64,000 nucleotides of DNA from Acidobacteriota bacterium (GTDB lineage Bacteria > Acidobacteriota > Polarisedimenticolia > QHYA01): assembly GCA_003223995.1 (NCBI GenBank), contig QHYA01000061.1, forward strand, positions 2,259 through 66,258. The letters run 5' to 3'. Positions 55,595-64,000 of the stretch are shown here, in pieces (position 1 is the first letter of the stretch; each line of letters begins with the position of its first letter). A program made the position numbers and the translations under genes. The notes beneath the pieces were generated by a model that made no database searches, was not told where the DNA came from, and saw only the letters and a program-made list of their open reading frames with translations.

Positions 55595-56866
55595 ATGCGG
55601 GCGGCGTACTTGCTTGCAGTCTTCGCCGTCCTCGCCGCTCTGACGCCCGCATTCGGGGCCGACGACCTCCCGCTCGACGGGCTTCCCGAACCTCTTGAAC
55701 GCTCCCGGGGAATCGGTCCTTTGCGGCTCGATCCGTCTTTCAAGTTGGAGGAGTTCGGATACGACAGCAACATCTTGCTCGCGCCTCCCGGAAAAGAACG
55801 AGGGGACATCGTCGGACGTTTCGCCCCCAGCTTGAGCGGCCAGGTGTTTCTTGGCCATCGCGGCCTGATCTCCTTCCAGGAGAAACCCGAGTATGTGAGC
55901 TTCGCCCGAACCTCCTTCCTGAACTACGCCAACAACTCCCTCGAAGGCCGCGCGGACATGATCCTCCATCGGACGTCGCTGGTTTTCGGCGGCCGCTGGC
56001 TCACTAACAAGGACCGCCCCAACAACGAGCTCGACATCCGTCCGCGTCAGCACGCAGCCGGGTTCTTCACGGGAGCCGGCTGGCGGACCTTCAGTCGGAC
56101 ATCGGTTTCCTTCACACTCTCCCAGCAGCAGCGCCGTTACAGGGCCAGGGAGAGCCCCGACATCGGGCTTTTCCTGGACCGCCACGAGAGCCGCGTCTCA
56201 GCACGCCTGAGCTACAGGATCTTCACGAGTACGAAGCTGTTCGTCGAGTACTCGCGGCTCCAGATCGAGTTCGATCGGTCCGCCGGACGCAACAGCCGCC
56301 AGGCGGAGGTGATGCCCGGGGTCGCGTTCGATCCCGAGTCGCGCTTGTCGGGCTCCATCAAGGCGGGCCCGGCGCGCTTCGACGCGATCAGCGGTGGAAA
56401 ACCTGATTTCCAGGGGATTCTGGGCCATGCCGAGGTGGCCTTTCGTGCTTCCGAGCTATGGAAAGCCCGGACGGAGTGGAGCCGCGAGGTTGTCTACTCG
56501 ACCTTCGGAGACAACCTCTTCTTCCTCGACAGCCGCACCAGCGCGACGGCGAGCCGGGCCCTTGGAGAGCGGATCGCTCTCGAGGCCGGCTGGGAGCGAA
56601 TCGGCGTTGCCTGGCCGGCCCCCTTCTGCACCGCGGCGCAGGTCGTCACCCCCTCCGCAGCCGAATGCGAGAGGCTGCGATCGCTCGGCGATCCCATCGT
56701 GGAGAAGCGGCGCGGGGATCAGATCCAGGGATACCTTCTTGGAACGCGGTTGCGCCTGGCCCGGCACGCCGAAGCGATCCTGCGGGTCGGCTACCATCGC
56801 CGAACATCGAACTTTCCGGGCGAGGGGAACAGGCAATGGACCTTCACGACAGGGGCCGGGTTTTGA
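55595..56866 (+). CDS. putative outer-membrane beta-barrel protein of the EPS locus (EpsL-like porin-type)
   Basis: 423 aa; signal MRAAYLLAVFAVLAALTPAFGADD; alternating-polarity strands throughout; aromatic C-terminus ...WTFTTGAGF. Confidence 0.5.
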   Translation: MRAAYLLAVFAVLAALTPAFGADDLPLDGLPEPLERSRGIGPLRLDPSFKLEEFGYDSNILLAPPGKERGDIVGRFAPSLSGQVFLGHRGLISFQEKPEYVSFARTSFLNYANNSLEGRADMILHRTSLVFGGRWLTNKDRPNNELDIRPRQHAAGFFTGAGWRTFSRTSVSFTLSQQQRRYRARESPDIGLFLDRHESRVSARLSYRIFTSTKLFVEYSRLQIEFDRSAGRNSRQAEVMPGVAFDPESRLSGSIKAGPARFDAISGGKPDFQGILGHAEVAFRASELWKARTEWSREVVYSTFGDNLFFLDSRTSATASRALGERIALEAGWERIGVAWPAPFCTAAQVVTPSAAECERLRSLGDPIVEKRRGDQIQGYLLGTRLRLARHAEAILRVGYHRRTSNFPGEGNRQWTFTTGAGF

Positions 56867-56894
56867 TCGACAGCGGTCTGGTGCGGGGTCCGTC

Positions 56895-59135
56895 ATGACA
56901 AGCCCCCGCGAAGCAGAGAGCGAGATCCGCGAGTTCTGGAGCATCCTGGTCCGCCGACAGTGGGCGATCTATACCGTCGCAGGGCTCGTGCTCGGGCTGA
57001 CCGCCCTGCGGCTGCTGATGGTCCAGTCGACCTACAAGGCGAAGGCCCTCGTCGAGATCCAGCGGTCCAGCCCCGACGTGCTCGCCTTCCGGGACATCAT
57101 CCGCACCGATCCGTCCTACCAGGGCTACAGCGCTTTCTACGAGACGCAGTACCGCATCCTTCAGAGCCGCGCGGTCGCCCGCCGTGCGGCCGAGAGGCTG
57201 GACCTCCCGCGCCATCCCCTCCTGCCGCGGAAGAGTCCCGGGCTTCTCCAGAGAACCCTCGCGGCTCTCCGCCGCGCTCTCCCCCGAGGCGAGGCGCACG
57301 CGGCACCTGCAGAGCCAATGGGGCCTTTCATCGATCTCGTCCTGGCCGGCCTGTCCATCGAGCCTGTGAAGGACAGCAACCTCGTGGAGGTCGTCTACCT
57401 CTCCCCCGATCCGCGCTTCTGCGCTCAGCTCGCCAACGCCGTGGCAGATGCCTACATCGAGTTCGCGCTCTCGTCGCAGTTCGACACGACCGAACAGGCC
57501 AGCGACTTCCTGAGCCGCCGCGTGGGCGAGCTGCGAGACGAGGTCGAGGATCTGGAGAAGCGGCTCCAGAGCTACAGGGAGTCCCGTCGGATCCTCCCCT
57601 CCGCCGGAGCCGAGAACATCGCTCTGAAGGGGGTCTCGGACATCGACGCCATCTACCTCCAGGCCCGCGCCAGACGCATCGCGACTGAGTCGGAGTGGAC
57701 CGCCGCGCGCGGCACCGACCCTTCGTCCCTGCCCGCCGTCGTGGAGAACCCGACCGTGCAACGGCTCCAGCACGAGGTCAACGACCTGGAGATCCAGCGG
57801 GCGGAGCTGCTGCGAACTTTCAAGCCCGGCTGGCCGCAGGTCGAGGTGCTCACGCGGAAGCTCGAAGGAGCCCGGCAGCAGCTCAGCAGCGAGACCGAGG
57901 CGATCGCGCGACGGATCGTCAGCGCCGAGCAGGCGAAGTACCGCGCCGCCCTCGACGAGGAGGAGAGGCTCGGCAAGCTCCTGGAGGAGCAGAAGTCCGA
58001 GGCCCAGCGGACGGGAAGGGACTCGATCGAGTACGCCACGCTCCAGGCGGAAGTCGAGCGCAAGCGGGCGGTTCTGAACGCACTTCTCCAAAGGCAGAAC
58101 GAGACGGCGGTCTCTTCCCAGCTCCGCGACATGAACGCGGGCAATGCCAGGATCGTGGACAGGGCGATTCCTCCTACCGCTCCGTGCAAGCCTCGCCCGG
58201 GCGTCGAGCTGCCGCTGGGGCTTTTCGTCGGCCTGCTCCTCGGCATGGGGGCGGCCTTCGGGATGGAGAGTTGGGACAATACGCTGCGAACGCAGGAGGA
58301 GATCGAAAGGTTCCTCGGAACCCCGACGCTGGCCCGCATTCCCTCCGCTTCGCTCGACCCGCAACGCCGGGGCGGACCCGCATGGGGGACCGGCGAGATC
58401 GACCTCATGAGCCACCATCACCCCTCGTCCCCCCTGGCGGAATCCTTCCGGGACTTGAGGACAGCGCTCTCTCTTTCCTCCGCAGGATCGACGCCCCGAA
58501 GTCTCACAGTGGCCAGCACGAGGCCGGAGGAAGGGAAATCGACGATCGCGATCAATCTAGCGACCGTGCTCGCGCAGTCCGGCAAGAAGGTGCTGCTCGT
58601 CGATTCCGACCTGAGGCGTCCGCGGCTCCACCGGGCCTTCGGACTGCGAAACGGCTCGGGGCTTTCGACTTTCCTCTGCGGAAAGGCGTCTCTCGAGGAA
58701 GCGGTCCAGATGACGCTCGTGGCGAGGCTCTGGCTTCTGGCGAGCGGGCCCGTCCCACCGAACCCGGCGGAGCTGCTCGACTCGGCCTGCTTCGACGAGC
58801 TGCTGAAGATGGTTCTCGACTCCTACGAGATGGTCGTGCTCGATTCCGCCCCCCTGCTCACGGTCGCGGACGGAGCGATTCTCGCCTCCCGGACCGAGGG
58901 GACGCTCCTGGTCGTGGAATCCGACCGGACAACCCGCGAGGAGGCCCTGCGCGCTCGTGAGAAGCTGCGACAGGTCTCGGCCCGGCTTCTTGGCGTGGTG
59001 CTGAACAACGCTGCGGAATCGGGCCGATCCTATGGCCGCTACCGCTACCGGTACGAGCCGAGCGCCGATTCCGGCGCCGCCGACGCCCGGCGGGCCCCTT
59101 TCCGGCGCGCCGCCGGACTCCTGCGGATGCGCTAG
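56895..59135 (+). CDS. wzc: polysaccharide co-polymerase (Wzz/GumC chain-length determinant) fused to BY-kinase (Wzc/EpsG-like tyrosine autokinase)
   Basis: ATG at 56895 (3' part of the 913-aa track ORF). N-terminal TM + Wzz domain + long coiled-coil; second TM (LPLGLFVGLLLGMGAAFG); Walker A EGKSTIAINLATVLAQSGKKVLLVDSDLRRP; Walker B VVLDSAPLL; C-terminal Tyr cluster YGRYRYRYEP. Confidence 0.85.
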   Translation: MTSPREAESEIREFWSILVRRQWAIYTVAGLVLGLTALRLLMVQSTYKAKALVEIQRSSPDVLAFRDIIRTDPSYQGYSAFYETQYRILQSRAVARRAAERLDLPRHPLLPRKSPGLLQRTLAALRRALPRGEAHAAPAEPMGPFIDLVLAGLSIEPVKDSNLVEVVYLSPDPRFCAQLANAVADAYIEFALSSQFDTTEQASDFLSRRVGELRDEVEDLEKRLQSYRESRRILPSAGAENIALKGVSDIDAIYLQARARRIATESEWTAARGTDPSSLPAVVENPTVQRLQHEVNDLEIQRAELLRTFKPGWPQVEVLTRKLEGARQQLSSETEAIARRIVSAEQAKYRAALDEEERLGKLLEEQKSEAQRTGRDSIEYATLQAEVERKRAVLNALLQRQNETAVSSQLRDMNAGNARIVDRAIPPTAPCKPRPGVELPLGLFVGLLLGMGAAFGMESWDNTLRTQEEIERFLGTPTLARIPSASLDPQRRGGPAWGTGEIDLMSHHHPSSPLAESFRDLRTALSLSSAGSTPRSLTVASTRPEEGKSTIAINLATVLAQSGKKVLLVDSDLRRPRLHRAFGLRNGSGLSTFLCGKASLEEAVQMTLVARLWLLASGPVPPNPAELLDSACFDELLKMVLDSYEMVVLDSAPLLTVADGAILASRTEGTLLVVESDRTTREEALRAREKLRQVSARLLGVVLNNAAESGRSYGRYRYRYEPSADSGAADARRAPFRRAAGLLRMR

Positions 59136-59147
59136 TACCCCCCTGAA

Positions 59148-61796
59148 ATGTCTCGAGCACATCGCTGGAAGATGCTCGGGCACGAAGAGAGCAGACTTCC
59201 TTACCGTATCGTCGCCTTCGGGTTGCCCGCGCTTCTCGCCATCGCGCCTCTCCCGTTCGGTGGCCGGACTCCTTCGGCCTCCTCGTTCCTCTGCGCCGCC
59301 GCATTCCTTCTCTCCGTTCCGACCCTGTTTGCGGGGAGCAGGTCGTCCGGCGGACAGGAAGCGCAAGAGATCCCCTGCGCGGCACCCTTGTCCCTCTTCC
59401 TGGCGCTGGTCTGCTTGCAGATCGTTCCCCTGCCTGAAGGGGCCGTCGCTGCCCTCAACCCTGCCACGGCGGCGCTGCGAGAACGGGTCTCGCTCGGAGC
59501 CCCCTGGGGCCCGGCACCTCTCTCCGTTTCGCCCGCAGCCACTCTCGCGGCGGTCGGAAGGCTCTCCGCCGCCCTTGCCATCTTTACTTCGGCCTGCTTC
59601 CTCGCGCGCCGCCGCGAGGGGGTCCGTGCCATCGCCATGGGGCTTTGCCTGGCTGGCCTCATCCAGTCGGCGTACGGCCTGGTCGATGTCCTCACCGGCC
59701 TCAGGGCCTCCGGTCATGCTTCCGAGTACACGGGAAGACTGACCGGGACTTTCATCAATCCGAACCACTTTGCCGCGCTGCTGGAGCTGGCGCTGCCGGC
59801 GGCCGTCGGACTCTCGCTTTCGATCGAGGAATCACCCGCGGCGCGCCCGCGCGCACGCCGGCGCAGGGTCGGAGGCCGTCTGGCCGAAGTGCTTTCCGAC
59901 CCCTCCAACGGCCGCAAGCGGCTGCTGGGTGTGTGCATCGGGGTGATGTCTGCCGCCCTGCTCTTTTCGTTATCCCGCGCGGGGATCCTGCTCGCCAGTG
60001 CGGCCTGCCTGGGAACCGCCCTGCTAGGGGGAAAGCCGGCCGGAAGCTCCCGGCAGAGCGGCGGGACCCAACATTCGCCTGGCGGCATCGCGAAACGTCT
60101 TGGCCGCCCCGCCGGAGCGGCAGCGATTGCCCTGGTCGCACTCGCCCCCCTGGCATACGACCAGGTCCTGCGTCTCGCCGGTCAGTACCGCACCTCCCCG
60201 ACCGACCTCTTCGCTGCCGGAGGACGCGCTGCGGTCTGGAAGACGACCTTCGACATCTTCCGGGACCATCCGCTCGCGGGGACGGGCCTCGCCGGGTTCG
60301 CCGCGACCCTGCCCCGCTATCGCGGAACCGACGTCGCTATCCGATGGGAGGAAGCTCACAACGACTTCGTCCAGCTGCTCGCGGAGACCGGCCTGATCGG
60401 GGCGGCCATCGCAGCCTGCGTTCTCGCGGGAGCGCTCAAGACCGCAAGGGGCTCATTCGCGCGACAGGCCTTCGAACCGGAGCGCCCCATCCGCACCGGT
60501 CTTGCCCTAGGATGCGGAGCGTTTCTCTTGCACGAGACGCTCGATTTCGGTGCGCAGATCCCCGCGGATGCGTTCGCTTTCGCCGCGGCAGCCGCGGGCT
60601 GTCTCGTCAGACCTCTTGCAGACATCCCCCGGTTGCTGGAAGCTCGCGGCTTCGCAGCCCGCTCGTTGGCCACACGATCCCTGCCTGTCCTCGCTGCCAT
60701 CGGCGCTCTATGGGGTGTCATCCACCCCCGCGACGATTCCCTGCGCTCTCTAGAGGAGGGCCGGCGATTGCTGATCGCGGCCGACCGGAGACTGGCCGAG
60801 CGGGCCGAATCATCGAGCGGCGCGCAAGGGCCGGCTCCGGCGGCTCACGACGCCCGCTTGTCCCTTCTTCGAGCGGTCTCGGAGAATCCTGCGGCAGCGG
60901 AAGGGCATCTGCTCCTCGCACGGCTGCAGCGGCGCGCAGCACTGTTCGGGCTCCCCGATGAAATCGTCCCGGGCGTGGCGGATGTGGCAGCGGCGCGCCT
61001 GAATGTCGCCGCGGAGCTGGACCCGTTCCGACCTGATCTCCGACTGGGACTGCTTCGCGAACACGCCGCGCGCGGCGAGCGCACGGCAGCGCTGCAGGAA
61101 GTGCGCGCGCTCTCCATCCATGGAGGCGGCCCTCTCTGGCTCTCCTTCCCCATCATCTGGTCCCTTGTCCCGGACCCGGATCTCATCGATCGCTATATCG
61201 CCACTCCGGAGGGCGAGATCTCGTTCACCGATTTCCTTCGTGTCATCGGAAAACGGACCGAGGCGGAGGAGCGGCTGCGGCGCCTGCTCTCCTCGGGAAC
61301 ACCTCAGGCGGTCCCCGCATATGGCAGTCTCGCGGAGATGCTGATGCAGGAGGGCCGGGCGGAAGAAGCCGCGCGTCTCGGAGAGCGGCTCCTGGAAGGC
61401 CGGGGACTCGAGCGGGGGGCTGCGGCGGCGGTCTGCGGCCGCCTCGCGCAGTCCTACATGAAGGCCGGACTGGGCGAACCGGCAATGAGGCGCATCCGTC
61501 AGGCTCTGGACCTTTCCTCCGAGGACCCGACTCTCCAGCAGGCCGCCGCGGAGATCTATCTCGCTTGCGGCCTGCCCGAGGAGGCCAAGAACCGCTACGA
61601 GTTTCTCCTCCGGGGAGGCGCTCCCGAGCCGTTCCTCCAAACTCGAGGAAAATCCCTCCATGCCGGGCTGGGCAGAGCTTACGACAGGCTGAGGCGGCGC
61701 GACGCGGCGCTGCGCGAATGGAGGGAAGTGAGCCGCCTCGACCCCCTGGACGAGGAGGCCAAGCAACGCATCACCGCCCTGTCACACGGGCTCTGA
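59148..61796 (+). CDS. O-antigen ligase/polymerase-family membrane protein (Wzy_C domain) fused to a ~380-aa C-terminal TPR-like helical repeat domain
   Basis: 882 aa; ~10-12 TM helices; Wzy_C signature HNDFVQLLAETGLIG; C-terminal soluble repeats (AAEGHLLLARLQRRAALFG, AVPAYGSLAEMLMQEGRAEEAARLGERLL, AEIYLACGLPEEAKNRYEFLL, LGRAYDRLRRRDAALREWREVSRLDP). Confidence 0.8.
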   Translation: MSRAHRWKMLGHEESRLPYRIVAFGLPALLAIAPLPFGGRTPSASSFLCAAAFLLSVPTLFAGSRSSGGQEAQEIPCAAPLSLFLALVCLQIVPLPEGAVAALNPATAALRERVSLGAPWGPAPLSVSPAATLAAVGRLSAALAIFTSACFLARRREGVRAIAMGLCLAGLIQSAYGLVDVLTGLRASGHASEYTGRLTGTFINPNHFAALLELALPAAVGLSLSIEESPAARPRARRRRVGGRLAEVLSDPSNGRKRLLGVCIGVMSAALLFSLSRAGILLASAACLGTALLGGKPAGSSRQSGGTQHSPGGIAKRLGRPAGAAAIALVALAPLAYDQVLRLAGQYRTSPTDLFAAGGRAAVWKTTFDIFRDHPLAGTGLAGFAATLPRYRGTDVAIRWEEAHNDFVQLLAETGLIGAAIAACVLAGALKTARGSFARQAFEPERPIRTGLALGCGAFLLHETLDFGAQIPADAFAFAAAAAGCLVRPLADIPRLLEARGFAARSLATRSLPVLAAIGALWGVIHPRDDSLRSLEEGRRLLIAADRRLAERAESSSGAQGPAPAAHDARLSLLRAVSENPAAAEGHLLLARLQRRAALFGLPDEIVPGVADVAAARLNVAAELDPFRPDLRLGLLREHAARGERTAALQEVRALSIHGGGPLWLSFPIIWSLVPDPDLIDRYIATPEGEISFTDFLRVIGKRTEAEERLRRLLSSGTPQAVPAYGSLAEMLMQEGRAEEAARLGERLLEGRGLERGAAAAVCGRLAQSYMKAGLGEPAMRRIRQALDLSSEDPTLQQAAAEIYLACGLPEEAKNRYEFLLRGGAPEPFLQTRGKSLHAGLGRAYDRLRRRDAALREWREVSRLDPLDEEAKQRITALSHGL

Positions 61797-61843
61797 CAGA
61801 GCGCCCAACGAGGGAGAGGCGGGAACGGGCGTGGGGCCAAAGG

Positions 61844-62038
61844 TCAGGAGATCTTCTTCCAGACGACATCCACCTCCTCGACCGCTTTGTCGCGGCAGAG
61901 CGGGCAGAAAGGGAAGGTGCCGCCCTCTTCGAGGTGAACCGACGAGCGGCGGCCAGCGCGCTGGCAGGTCACGCAGACATAGTCGCCCGTCCCTTGACAG
62001 GTCTCCCCGACTTTGAAGTCGCCGTGAACCATCCTCAC
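61844..62038 (-). CDS. small zinc-ribbon protein (CxxC...CxxC)
   Basis: 64 aa; ...GDYVCVTCQRAGRRSSVHLEEGGTFPFCPLC...; the only coherent ORF in the 380-nt gap between the ligase gene and rarA. Confidence 0.45.
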   Translation of the reverse strand: MRMVHGDFKVGETCQGTGDYVCVTCQRAGRRSSVHLEEGGTFPFCPLCRDKAVEEVDVVWKKIS

Positions 62039-62173
62039 GAAGCGTACTCTAGCATGCGGCTGCGGCGGCGGAGGGAAGCCGTCGGAAACCTGCCGGAATC
62101 GAGCGGCCGGAATCGAGCTGTCGGAATCGAGCTTGCGGGCCCGCAGGCTCCATGCTACTAAGAGGCAGAGCCA

Positions 62174-63493
62174 ATGTTTGACGACCGGAGCGCTCGCCCG
62201 CCGCTCGCTGAACGGATGCGGCCGGCGATACTAGAGGAGTTCATCGGACAGGATGAGATCGTCGGTCCGGAGACTCTCCTGAGGCGGTCGATCGAGTCCG
62301 ACGAGCTGCGCTCGATCATCCTCTGGGGCCCTCCGGGCTCCGGCAAGACCACGTTGGCGCGGATCATCGCCGCGCGCACGAGCGCCCGTTTCGTCTCATT
62401 CAGCGCGGTCCTGTCGGGGATCAAGGAGGTTCAGCAGGTCATGAGGTCCGCCGAGGAGCACCGCCGCGCTTACGGGCGCCGGACGGTGCTCTTCGTGGAC
62501 GAGATCCACCGCTTCAACCGCGCCCAACAGGATGCTTTCCTTCCCTACGTCGAGCGCGGCGACATCATCCTGATCGGCGCGACGACCGAGAACCCATCCT
62601 TCGAGGTCAACTCTGCCCTGCTGTCTCGCTCCCGTGTATACGTCCTGCGGCCGCTTCAGCCCGCGCACATCGAGGCGCTCATCCGCAGGGCCCTCTCGGA
62701 TCAACGGGGGCTGGCGGATTCGCTCCTCGAACTTCCGGACGAACTGATCGCCCACCTCGCCCGGGCGAGCCAGGGGGATGCGCGGGTCGCCTACAACGTT
62801 CTGGAGCTGCTCGCCTCCGCCGTGCCGGCGGGACCGGACCGCATCCGGCATGTCCGCCCGGAGGACCTCTCCGACGCCCTGCAGAGGCCTTCGCCGCGGT
62901 ACGACGCCACGGGTGAGGAACACTTCAACCTCATCTCGGCGCTCCACAAGTCGCTACGCAACAGCGACCCTCAGGCCGCTGTCTACTGGCTGGTGCGGAT
63001 GCTGGAGTCCGGCGAGGACCCCCTGTACATCGCCCGGAGAATGGTCCGGTTCGCCAGCGAGGACGCGGGCTTGGCGGACCCGCAGGCGCTCGGTATCGCC
63101 CTGGCGGCAAAGGACGCCGTGCACTTCCTGGGAATGCCCGAGGGGGCGCTGGCGCTCGCCGAGGCCGCCGTGTACCTCGCCTGCTCTCCGCGCTCCAACG
63201 CGATCACCATCGCCTACGAGGAGGCGGCAGCGGATGTCCGGTCCGGAGCGAATCCACCCGTCCCATATCACCTCCGCAACCCCTCCACGGGCCTGATGGC
63301 GCGGCTAGGATACGGCGAGGGGTACCTCTCCGCCCACGACACCGAGGAGGGGGTCGCAGAGATGGATTGCCTGCCGGTCGAGCTGGCCGGCCGGTGCTAC
63401 TACCGTCCGACGGAGCGCGGATTCGAGAAGACCCTGCGCGAGAGACTTGCCGGCCTCGCCGCGATCCGCGGGCGGACCCGGGACCAACGATGA
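62174..63493 (+). CDS. rarA: replication-associated recombination protein A (AAA+ ATPase MgsA/RarA)
   Basis: 439 aa; Walker A GPPGSGKTT; Walker B VLFVDEIHRFN; sensor-1 GATTENPSF; MgsA C-terminal helical domain (YDATGEEHFNLISALHKSLRNSDPQAAVYWLVRML). Confidence 0.9.
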   Translation: MFDDRSARPPLAERMRPAILEEFIGQDEIVGPETLLRRSIESDELRSIILWGPPGSGKTTLARIIAARTSARFVSFSAVLSGIKEVQQVMRSAEEHRRAYGRRTVLFVDEIHRFNRAQQDAFLPYVERGDIILIGATTENPSFEVNSALLSRSRVYVLRPLQPAHIEALIRRALSDQRGLADSLLELPDELIAHLARASQGDARVAYNVLELLASAVPAGPDRIRHVRPEDLSDALQRPSPRYDATGEEHFNLISALHKSLRNSDPQAAVYWLVRMLESGEDPLYIARRMVRFASEDAGLADPQALGIALAAKDAVHFLGMPEGALALAEAAVYLACSPRSNAITIAYEEAAADVRSGANPPVPYHLRNPSTGLMARLGYGEGYLSAHDTEEGVAEMDCLPVELAGRCYYRPTERGFEKTLRERLAGLAAIRGRTRDQR

Positions 63494-64000
63494 CGGATCC
63501 CGCAAGCCCTCATCGGGTCCTGCTCGTCGGAGCAGGGGAGGTCCTGCCGTCCTCCCTTGCAGGCCTTCTCGCCGACGCCGGACACGAGATCCTCATCGCC
63601 CGGAACGGAGAGGAGGCGCTCGAACGGGCCAGGAAGGATCCCCCGGATCTCATCTTGCTCGACTTGCCGCCTCCCGGGGGGGAAAGTCCCGGCATCTGCC
63701 GCCGGCTGCGGAGCGATCCACTGACGGAGCATGTTCCTGTCCTGGTCGTCACCGCGCGACACAACCCGGGCCTTGTCGTGGAGAGCCTCGACAGCGGAGC
63801 GGACGACTTCATCAGCCAGCCGGTCGTTGCCGAGGAGCTTCTGGCCCGCGTCCGAGCCGCTCTTCGCGGGAAGCTCCTGCAAGACGGGCTGAAACAGGTG
63901 GGAGGCTTCTATCTCGAACTGTTCAGCCGGATGGGCGCGGCGGTCACCTCTCCCTTCCGCCTGGATGAGGAGCTGGCCAGGATCCTCGCGCATGCTCTCG
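63490..64000 (+). CDS. response regulator receiver protein, 5' partial (continues beyond the window end)
   Basis: ATG at 63490 overlaps the rarA stop (ATGA); REC motifs RVLLVGAG...LILLDLPPPGG...PVLVVTARHN...; downstream sequence continues in frame at the window end. Confidence 0.8.
   Translation, partial: MTDPASPHRVLLVGAGEVLPSSLAGLLADAGHEILIARNGEEALERARKDPPDLILLDLPPPGGESPGICRRLRSDPLTEHVPVLVVTARHNPGLVVESLDSGADDFISQPVVAEELLARVRAALRGKLLQDGLKQVGGFYLELFSRMGAAVTSPFRLDEELARILAHAL

Overview
The window is a 64-kb, gene-dense, high-GC (roughly 68%) bacterial chromosomal segment. Overall GC content, the extreme density of TPR-repeat proteins, the ASPIC/UnbV-FG-GAP lipoprotein and a Wza/Wzc/Wzy-type EPS locus suggest Acidobacteriota or a related soil lineage (inference only). 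I found no rRNA or tRNA genes, no CRISPR array and no transposases or integrases by eye.

Real genes are mixed with many long antisense ORFs that are artefacts of GC-rich DNA; I called genes on recognisable protein families, signal peptides, RBS/start context and operon-style overlaps (ATGA/GTGA junctions).

Gene content by region:
- 1-7.7 kb, housekeeping: rmlA, ychF, selA, purH.
- 7.8-16.6 kb, sensory/secreted: TPR membrane proteins and a hybrid histidine kinase with two REC domains plus Hpt.
- 16.6-28.8 kb, redox/metal-stress island: a CbcL-like membrane multiheme cytochrome c fused to TPR; a Met/His-rich secreted beta-rich protein; ChrB; a frameshifted DUF1080 gene; a DUF1259-like tandem-repeat protein; a PepSY protein; a thioredoxin-fold/His-rich membrane-domain fusion; chromate transporter ChrA with a downstream chrA remnant; a DUF1059 protein; and a VOC/glyoxalase.
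- 28.9-41.4 kb: rlmN, an SDR, an active HtrA followed by a catalytically degenerate HtrA paralog, transporters, an aminotransferase, Rho with an atypical N-terminus, and myo-inositol-1-phosphate synthase.
- 41.8-51.8 kb, sugar-modification locus: a DegT aminotransferase plus Gfo/Idh/MocA oxidoreductase pair (GnnB/GnnA- or WbpE/WbpB-like), a convergent patatin-phospholipase::PaaK/CapK-like adenylate-forming fusion, a ThiD-HEAT fusion, ThiE, a disrupted second DegT, and a GT4 glycosyltransferase.
- 51.6-53.8 kb: a sigma-70 family factor, pyrE, and an unusually long non-coding leader between them.
- 53.8-61.8 kb, EPS export/assembly locus: Wza, a CarbopepD_reg secreted protein, an outer-membrane beta-barrel, a Wzc BY-kinase, and an O-antigen-ligase::TPR fusion.
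- 61.8-64 kb: rarA and the start of a response regulator.

Non-coding elements that stood out:
- Two perfect 63-bp tandem repeats plus a hairpin in the divergent ino1/degT intergenic region.
- A ~290-nt structured non-coding region bracketed by convergent intrinsic-terminator hairpins at 46.4-46.8 kb.
- Several near-consensus sigma-70 promoters, including one giving a leaderless mRNA.
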